Part shown: positions 54,552 through 64,000 of the stretch, piece after piece
Position numbering within the stretch: position 1 is the stretch's first letter
Layout: each line of letters opens with the position of its first letter
Assembly: GCA_905331295.1 (NCBI GenBank)
Contig: CAJNYD010000036.1
Location: forward strand, 62,001 to 126,000
Direction: 5' to 3'
Source: Rotaria socialis
Lineage: Eukaryota
Length of the DNA: 64,000 bases
Notes under the pieces: generated by a model
Database searches by the model: none
What the model saw: only the letters and a program-made list of their open reading frames with translations
What the model was told of the DNA's origin: nothing
Translations under genes and position numbers: made by a program

Positions 54552-56827
54552 ATGTGAAGAAGAAAAAACAATCATAGTTCCTCTTTCATATAGTCACATA
54601 ATTACTGTCCTCTAGATATTTGTAACTAGACACCGTTTACGGATGGGAGTCTTTTTAATTTGTTTTTATGTGAAAACGAGTCTGTTGTGTCTACTTGTCC
54701 TATTTTTTTTATGGAGTGAAAATATTAGTGTTTGATTTGATTACTTTGTGCTCTAGTTTAATAGATTTCCCGTATGAATTAGTGAGATATATTTACATGA
54801 AATGATTATAGGATTGTACAAGAACAGAATGTAAAAGAAAATTAGACGCTACAGTCGGTAACGAAAAGTTAGCAATAAAATATGCGTAAATCATATAGAA
54901 AAAAAAATGAAAGATTACTTCAAATGAACTTACTCTCTTGCTATTATGATACATATCTGTGCATAAAATACTTTTGATTCTTCTCGCAATAGACGTCTAT
55001 CTCATATATGTACAATGCATTATTATTGTATGATCAAAACAATTCGTTTATGACCGAATGAATTGAGTGTAACTATCAATCAATCAACTAATTTCCTATA
55101 TATTCACTATGAAATAATCTTTACTGTATGGCGACATCTATAATTATCAAATGGCAGAAATTTCTTCATATAAAGTCTTTGAAACTCATTTCCATTACTT
55201 TTTTTGACATTCTATGAAATTTACTACATTCAGAGTAGTGAACCGATAAACGATTATATTCCCCAATGAAAATCTTTATTGATAATCTATAGATTAGGTC
55301 CGGATATTAATGTTGTTTTTCTTGTTTTTTACCCGAATATTCAGGATTTTACTTTGATTGCTCACTTTTTGAATGAGGACTGTCCTTGTGACTCATCAAA
55401 GGTTTGTAATCAAGGCTTCTAATGCTTGCCGTTGAAAAGACTTCAAGGGTGGATATTGAGTAATTGTGTGCGATTTTTAAATAAACTTCATAGTACATTA
55501 CGCATGTTTAATAGTAAACGATTGTGTTATCGTTTATTTATTCTATATTTTAGATGGCTGATATTCTTCGACGTGCTGCTGTTTTGGCTATCAATCGTAA
55601 GTGAATCTAGGATTTTTTAATTATTAGTCAAGGTATTTTTTAGAACAATAACTAATCGCAACAGAGATGAAATTGAAGTTGTGTGAAATATTAAAGTACT
55701 CTGAAGAAGAAGAAATAATTATGAGTCTTCTTAATTCGCATGTTATAGTCAAAAGATTATTTGGTTTGAATTGGTCAAAATTTCTGAAATATTCTCTTTT
55801 CCGCACCACATATATCTGAGATGGGAACGATTGCGCCATTGAAAGTTTTTCAGCAGACAATGTAGAAATTAATTGTTTAAAGACTTATTAAGTATTCAGA
55901 TATTGGTAACTGTACTTCATAACATGCAGTGCATTGCGCACTAATTTTTCAAATTTATCAGTAATCACGAAATACATAGAGTTCGCAACTGTGATTCAAT
56001 TCTCTTATCAATACAATTTCATCAAATCTTTGTAGATATTTGATCCTTGTCGATGTTAGCTTGACAACTATAATGGATCTGAACTCTAACGATAATAATG
56101 ACCTCTACAATATTCGAATCATTTTTCTAGTGACCCTTGAGAGTTTCAAATAAAGATGTAATAAAAGCGACATAAAATACTGCTAAAGACGAATGCGGAT
56201 CTGACATCAATGGTATGTCTCACATGTACTATGAGAAATGATTAACCAATGAATACAATATTGCTATCGTCTAACAAAGAGAATGTATATTAAAAATACT
56301 ACATAGATACGTGCAGACAACAGAATCTATCAAGCATTGTTTAGCACAAGATTGTTTATTTGAGAATTAAATTTTAGCTATGATGAGAGAAATACATCAA
56401 TCATCAATGCTAACCAAGTAAGTTCTAATTATTAAGTTAAAATATTTTCAACTAAGGTCAATTAAATTATGAAGAGAATCTACTGCTACTTAGTCTGATT
56501 GAAAACTGTATACACTGTACTATGTCTCATCTAGGATACTTGTAAAATATTTCTATTTAAATTCATTGTCAAGAGAATCTGTTGATAAGGTTCAAACTAC
56601 GAATATAATGTAATGTAGACCAGTTACAAAGTCTTATTGAAAAACTTCGATGTGATCAAATTCCCTTTTCTTTCAACGATAAAAGCCTTTTTGTTATCAA
56701 AAGTTTTCGATCCAAAATAATCTATTCTCGGTAAGTGTTTCTTTTATAATAAACAAAAATAAATTTAAGATCTAACATCTCGAATACAAATCCTATTATT
56801 TTTTTAAATAAATTTATTTCACTTAGG

Positions 56828-59583
56828 TACATCATGGGGAAATCTTCATGTACAAATCCGTACAGTATTCTCAAGCTCAGGTATTGGCATTGATAATTTT
56901 AAATCGGCTCGTGATCAACATATTACGCGTTTTGCACCCTCACTTGGTACGCATCTCATTTATTTTCTTCTATTTGTATATTTGTTTATTTTCATAATTC
57001 AGATGCTTTTAAAAAGCGTTTTGTTGATTCCATTGAACAATCAAATGCTCAGATTTTTACTGAAGATTTACGTAATATGATTATGTCAGCTGAGAATGAT
57101 CAAGAAATTGATACTGTTATTCAAGCATTGAAAAAGTCTCGCAAAAACAAATTCCTTTTTTTTTGAATAATATTTTCTAATTTCCTTTTTCAATCTAGAT
57201 ACAGCAATAATAAAGTCAAATTTAGCGATTATCATTTTGGTTCACCAATTATGCGTTTACTTTACATAAAAAACAGAACTAATCTAGCATTGGAATTATA
57301 TATGGATGAAGTAAAAATTAAGATTTTTTAAATTCAACACAAGAGCTACTTTTTGAAAATTTCAATAGAGTTTAAAAAATATATTCAATGATTCTGCATC
57401 TGCACTTGTTCTTATGAATAAATTAATTGAAGAAAAACGTTATGATGATGCAGTTAAAGTATTTGATTTTGGTAGTCAACGTGGATTTTCAACAGCTAGT
57501 GGACGAGTATTTCCATCAGATGTTGTTATGTTAGCTATCGAAGGATTATATCGAAAAGTAAATATTATTATTTTAAAAGAATAGAAAGAAAAAATAATAA
57601 CTCGTATTGCTGCTATCCATAGAATACCAAAGAAGCATTAACTAAAGCCAAGGAAATTATGTCAAAAGTTAGCGAACGTGATTCAGATATAAATCCACGT
57701 ACAGCTTCTATGGTTGCATTGTTAGCAATTCAACAAGTAAAAAACATGACAAGCGAAAAGAATAGATTTCATAATTTTTAATTCATTTTAGGGTGAAATA
57801 TCATTTGCTATGGAAATCTTAGATGCAGTTCGTGCACAAAATTATGCTATAGTAAAAAATATTCGAGTATGAGAATATCAATTGTATATAAATAAAATTA
57901 AAATAAAACGAATAATCTTTCTTTCAGGGAATCTGTTATGCTGATATGGGACGAATTGAAGAATCAATCAATATTATTCAATTACTTGCTGAACAAACAC
58001 CAGCAAATAGTGATCGTCGACGAGTTTTTCCACTTGTGGTTCGTCATAGTCAGTCATAGTCGATAAATTTTAGTTTTTATTCTTTATAGATGAGACATAT
58101 TCGAATAGCCGCTGAAAAATTGAATGATCAAAGTCTCTTATCACGTTTTGAAGAATTATCAAAAACAGTGTTAAAAAATAATCGTTTATCAACAACTGAT
58201 ATACCTGAATTTCTCACTGATCCAATCAAGTATAATTTCTTCTATTGTCTAGTAGAAACAAAATCTGGAAAATTTCTTTACTTTAGTCGTCGCGGTCCTA
58301 TTAGAAATGGTCCACAGTCGAATATGGGTGGTAACTTTCGGCAAAATCAAGGAGATTTTGTAAGTTACAAATACTAAAGACATTTACTGACGTTCGGATT
58401 TCTTTTTTTCTATAGCGCAATCGTGGAGGATATAATAATCAACAATCAAATAATTTCAGACAAGGATATTTTGATGGATTCAATCGACAACCTGGCGGAT
58501 TCAATAGAGAAAATCGATTTGGAAATAATTTCCAAAGACAAGATTTCGGTTATGAACGACGGTATGCATGATATAGAAATTTGAATGAATTTTTCTGTAA
58601 CATATTTCTTAAATTTTTCCATTCAAGATACCTTTGCTTCTACTCGAGAATGCTCAATAGATGATACGTATTGTTGGAATGTAAAACCCACTAATAAATA
58701 GAAAGAGATTAAAGAAAAAACAAAAATTAATTACAAGAGAGAAAAAGGCTACCATAAAAAATAGCGAAGGAAAATCGCAATATACAAAAAAAGAACATGT
58801 CAGTTACTGAGAAAGACTGTTGGTTCTTATCAGCGAATCAGCTATAACATATTTCCATGTGTAATAATATACGTTGAATCATCAATAATGTGACTGCTGA
58901 AAATCTGTGACAGGAAGTGAAAAAAAAGAAATGCGTCATTTATCACGAGCTAGAGAAATCAAATCTTTGTTGCGTCGTCAAACACTGCAAATAGCTTCAA
59001 GCAAATAATAAAAAACTCAGACATCATGTACTTGGTTGACGAAGTAGAATGAAGTCCTATTTGCAGAATGATTCATATACCAATGGTGTTGCTTTCTCGT
59101 GCAACTGTTTTCTTCCGCTCATGTGATTTAAACCTCTTTGACTCTTTTAACCCTTATCGAATCTCTTAACAAAAAACACCACTCAATTTTAGCGATCTCT
59201 TGACATGTCTGCTTTCAAACATTGTCTTTTTATTAGTTATATCTCATGCTCCCTTTTTTTATTTCAGTTCACAAAACTACAATGCAAATGGTTATCAACG
59301 CAATGAATATGATCGATTTCCACCGCGTAATCAAAATTCATCGTTTAATGGCTATTTTCGTCAAGAAAATCGTAATCAACAACAAAATCAATCATTTTCA
59401 CGTGTAAATCGTACTGATAATGAATCAGGAGCAGCACGACGTTACGGAAATCCAGTTCAATCCGAATCAAAACGAAATAGTGAGGATGATCTTAATGTAA
59501 AACTACCAAAACCAAAACGTCAAACCAGTGACGATGCTTCAACGCAAGAACAAAGTTCATGGGAACGATCATCACGTAATTAA
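56828..59583 (+). CDS. PTCD2: Pentatricopeptide repeat protein PTCD2-like with a long N/Q/R/G/F-rich C-terminal extension (start codon not identified)
   Basis: RTVFSSSGIGIDNF, IFTEDLRNMIMSAEN, YHFGSPIMRLLY, FNDSASALVLMNKLIEEKRYDDAVKVF, LYRKNTKEAL; many ~55-65 nt introns. Confidence 0.75.
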
Positions 59584-59805
59584 TTATAAATTACGACGAC
59601 ATAAAATGTCTTTAGGCTATTTACACACATAGTACTTCTTGTGTCAAATTTTTCGGTTTTTTCCTCATTTGATCTTTGTTATCAACAACAACTGATCTGT
59701 GTGTGTTTTGTTGATTTCATTAAAAGAAAAAAAAAAGAACACAATATATAAATATATTGTTGATAGGAAAAAAATAACTTAGTTTGTTTCTTCAGATAAA
59801 AAAAA

Positions 59806-62800
59806 ATGTCGACGGCAGATACCCGGCTTCCTGTTTTATTAGAGCAGTTTACCGGTGATTTGCAGAGTCCCAATGAAGATACACGTCGTCGAGCAACTGA
59901 CGAACTCTATGAACGTATTCTTGCTCAATATGTCGACGTAAGTGAGAGCTAGTAATAATTGTTATGTTAGGGGTGCATGAAATTCTTCTATTGAATTAAC
60001 CGATTGTCTCTAATGACAGTTAATTGTTGATAATTGATTAAAATCGATCGACACAAGAAAAAATATTTCAAGGATAAGTATCTGTCTCGTAGCGTAGAAA
60101 AATTTATTATGCCTTTATTGATTCAGTATAGAATTGAATCAAGATTAAATTGATTAGATTTATAGTAGTTCTTTTGTATTATCTATATAGCCTCCACCTG
60201 ATGTTGTTGCCAATGTCGCTGAAACAGTTCAAGAATTTGTTCGAAAGAAAATGGGCAATCCAAATGATGTCAACGAAAATCGTGCAGCCCTTCTTGTTAT
60301 TCGTACGTTTTAAGCATTGTTTTTCTTTACTCTTTTTAAAAATATCCATTTAGTTTGTTTTATTTGTGCCGGTCAAAACTTCTATACTGAATTAAGTAAT
60401 AAATTAGAACCCACGCTACGCGGTTATAAACAAATGTCAGTTGATGCTAATCTATGTGAATTAGTTGTCAAATTAACATGTATTCTTGTCAAAGTAATCA
60501 AACATTTATTTATCGATCTATTTTAATCAACATCAGCTATAGGGTTGTGGCCGTATGAGTATCGATCAATTTTCCCACGATGTTCCCAAAGCTATTGAAC
60601 GTATATCCCGTGACGAAAAACATGAAACAAGACGTTATAGCGGTATAACAATTTTAAGAGAAATTGCTCTTGTTGCTCCAACACGTTACTATCATTTAAT
60701 AACACCTGTTCATCAATATTTTGAACAACTATTTGGTACAATGGTCGATTCAAAAGTAAATAGAAAATATCAATATTTTATTTCATATAAGAATTTGTTT
60801 TCTGTTTTTTTTTGTATAGCAATATATTCGTGAAGCATTTGCTGAAACAATGCATGCAACGCTCATCGTTCTCATTGATCGAGAACGTGAAGAACAGAAA
60901 AATAATGATTTGAAAACTGCAAAAGACTTAACCGGCGCTATAACCGCCCATCCTATGAATACCGAAGCCAGTACATTCTTCGAAGCATATAATGTTTGTT
61001 TTTTTAAATTCTTTTGTTTTTGCTCAATTGAATTACTTGATATGTTCGATTTATTGATTTAGATGGCTTATACAGAAGCAATGAAATGTTTAACAGTTGA
61101 TACAGCGAAAAATAAAAATCCACAAAGAGAAGAGCGAATTCATGGAGGACTTTTATTACTCAATGAATTATTACGTGTATCAGATGCAAAATTTGAAGTA
61201 AGATTTCGCTTTTTTTTTTGAAACATGAATTATAGGGACTATTCTCTCGTTTTAGAATACTTGTCAAGAATTAATTTATCCATATAGTGCAGCAAAACCA
61301 AAACCAATTTCATATAAAGTAAGAAACAGAAATCGTATACGAAATATTACTTATGATTGCAGCTTACCATGTTTTTGCTCTGTTCCGATGCAGTAGTTAT
61401 TTTCATAGTAATGACGTCGCCAAGGATGAATTAAGCTTGGCGCCGTCCCACTGTCAGAGCAAGAAAACTGCGTCATCAGTACTACCATCTGTAGTACTTT
61501 ATTCTATCGATTAGTAGTACTATGATCATTGTATTCTGACCTACTATCCACAATGTGTTTGTGACATCGCTACTTCTTAGTCTATAATATATGCTAGTAA
61601 GCATTGAGGTTTAGTAACAAGAGCGAATATGAAACGGTTGAATAAAAAGTTTGCAAAAAACTGTTTGAATTGAAATTTTATCATATTAGTGATAAACCAT
61701 TCTTGGTACTCTTTCATATCCAATTTATTGCTACTTTTATTTATATATAAAATAATTCTGAATAGTTGTTTCTCCTACCTATTTTTGCTATTGAAGTTAA
61801 TCACTGTGAAAAACTTTTATATCTTAGGATGTACATCGTGCTCGTGTTGCTTTAACATTCGAACGTGCTGGCCCATTATCTCCCATGGATATAATTGATA
61901 ATCCCGAACAATCTCAAATTCAAGTTCAATCGTCTCTTATTCGTTCTGTTATGCTCGAAAATTTTGTTAATATTTGTACTCAAGTATTTCAGTATCGTCA
62001 ACAACCAAAGCAAATGATAGCTAATGTTTTAATCCGTATATTACCACGTTTGGCATCATTGAATTATTCCGTATTCTCTCATCAACCATATGTTGATGCA
62101 ACAATGAATTTTATATATGAACGTATCAGTTCTCGTGAATTAAAAGAACGTCAATTAGCCTTTCATGCATTAGGTTTAATGATATTAGCTGATAAATTAA
62201 GCCGAGCCAACGAAACAGATCTACCGACAACATCAAAACCATTAACAAAAGATATGTCAAAAATTTTAGATTATCTAAAACAAACATTTACTCCAATATC
62301 ATCAACAGTAGCATCACTGGCATCAGCACATTCGCATCGTCGTAATAATTCTACCCAATCTGTAGCTGTATCATTACAGCAACAAACATCGTCAATAAAT
62401 AATTTATTACCATGTCGATATACAGCGCCCGATTCAAGTGTATTTGCATGTATAACAATGATCGGTGAAGCTGGACCCGATGCCTCCAAATGCTTAGACA
62501 CGTTATTAGATTATTTATTGCACTGCGGTTTAAATCATTCATTATTATTTTGTTTAAATAAACTATGTTTAAATCCGTTAATGCATACAGAAACGAAACG
62601 TAAAATTCATCAAGGTTTATTGGAAAATCTACGTTCAGTTTTATGTAATTCATTAGCGTATAATACGAATTTATCTAACGAACAAAATGATATTATTATT
62701 ATTGCATTACAAACATTAAGAATATTTGATTTTGAAGCACAAGCTATTGAACCATATTTCATTGATATATTAAATACACGTTTTATTGAACACGAAATTG

Positions 62801-64000
62801 TACGAATAAGAATTGAATCTATTATAACAATAACATTTTTACTGAGAAAATTATTATCACCAACATCACAAACAATTTTATCATCTAACGCAGTCTCATC
62901 ATTGACAGCAGCAAATAAATTAAGAATTAAAATTGGTCATATAACGCATAGAATATTAACTATTGGTGTAACTGATTTAGATCCTGATGTACGCTATAAC
63001 GTTTTCTTAACATTACAAGAGGATTTCAAACAATTTTTAGCAAAATCTGAAGCATTAGAATTATTATTTTTTTCTGTTCATGATGAATGCCATGAAATAA
63101 GAGAACTGGCACTAAGTCTTATTGGACGTTTATCAAATATTAATCCAGCTTATGTTTTACCACCGTTAAGACATTTATTATTACAACTATTAACTGAATT
63201 AGAAATCGGTTGTGCTCTAAGCGGAAAAGAACAAGCATCAAGATTATTAGGGCAATTGATTGCAAATACACCAAGAATTGTTCGACCATATATGCAATCT
63301 ATTACTCAAGTATGATGCTTAAATTTTATTATTTTTCTTTTAGAAATTAATTCGAACAATTAAGTTTGTCATACATGAGCATTCGATACTAATTTAGCTA
63401 ATATTCTATCTGAATTATACGGAATCGAATAGAAAAATGTTTGCTAATTTAATAGTAAATCTGAAAACTAATAATAGTGCAATATTTTGTATTCAATGTT
63501 TATGAGCGAGTAGGATGGCACCTTGTTTCGTAAATTATTCTTCGTATGGCTCTTTTTTGTCATGTATATACGAGATAAACTTTCTATTTTCGATTACGAT
63601 AGGGAACCGATAATTATTTTCTGAGTTTATAACCTCTACTCCAAGTCTCTTTCATCCATTGCAAAATTTGGAAGTCAAAAAATACCAAATGTTTTCGTTA
63701 ATATCACCCCCTTTACTTTACTATTTTGAAGACTTTATTTGGATACAATAGAATTTTCTCTAATTCCAGGCTCTATTACCATTAATAAAACAACACGAAC
63801 AGCATTCCAATGTTTTGATTGCCTTAGTCCGAACAGTTGGTGAACAAGCTCAAGTTTGTGGTATCGATCTTGATCAACGTGTACATGATCTGTTTCCTAT
63901 TCTAATAAATATGATGCAAGATACTTCGAACTATCGCAAGCGTGAAGTTGCCCTATGGACTATTGGACAAATTGTTGAAAGTTGCTGTTATGTAATTGAG
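59806..64000 (+). CDS. MTOR: Serine/threonine-protein kinase TOR, N-terminal HEAT region (runs off window end)
   Basis: LLEQFTGDLQSPNEDTRRRA, ETRRYSGITILREIA, REERIHGGLLLLNELLR, GVTDLDPDVRYNVF, GRLSNINPAYVLPPLRHLLLQLLTELE, KEQASRLLGQL, KREVALWTIGQIVESCCYVIE. Confidence 0.96.

Overview
AT-rich eukaryotic (metazoan) genomic DNA with densely packed, intron-containing genes. Most introns are ~55-70 nt, with a second class of several hundred nt; this style suggests a bdelloid rotifer (inference only). Genes from left to right: a secreted WxxW-domain/trypsin-fold protease (+); an intronless frameshifted orphan gene ending in a CaaX-like motif (-); HINT3-like HIT hydrolase, ZW10, ZFYVE26/spastizin, TIMM50 and MFSD1 (all -); an intronless FCP1/NIF HAD-like gene and TMEM192 (+); an Ig/FN3 adhesion receptor (+); an F-box-like pseudogene disrupted by a transposon; a triple-domain polyprotease (-); glycogen synthase, a PTCD2-like PPR protein and the 5' part of MTOR (+). 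Three non-autonomous Mutator-like (foldback/MITE) elements are present. The most notable unexplained structure is an operon-like layout: five same-strand gene pairs are separated by only 93-222 bp. Each spacer is U-rich and ends in an apparently unpaired 3' splice acceptor 3-14 nt before the downstream ATG, as expected for polycistronic units resolved by spliced-leader trans-splicing. All calls are by eye; no database searches were run.
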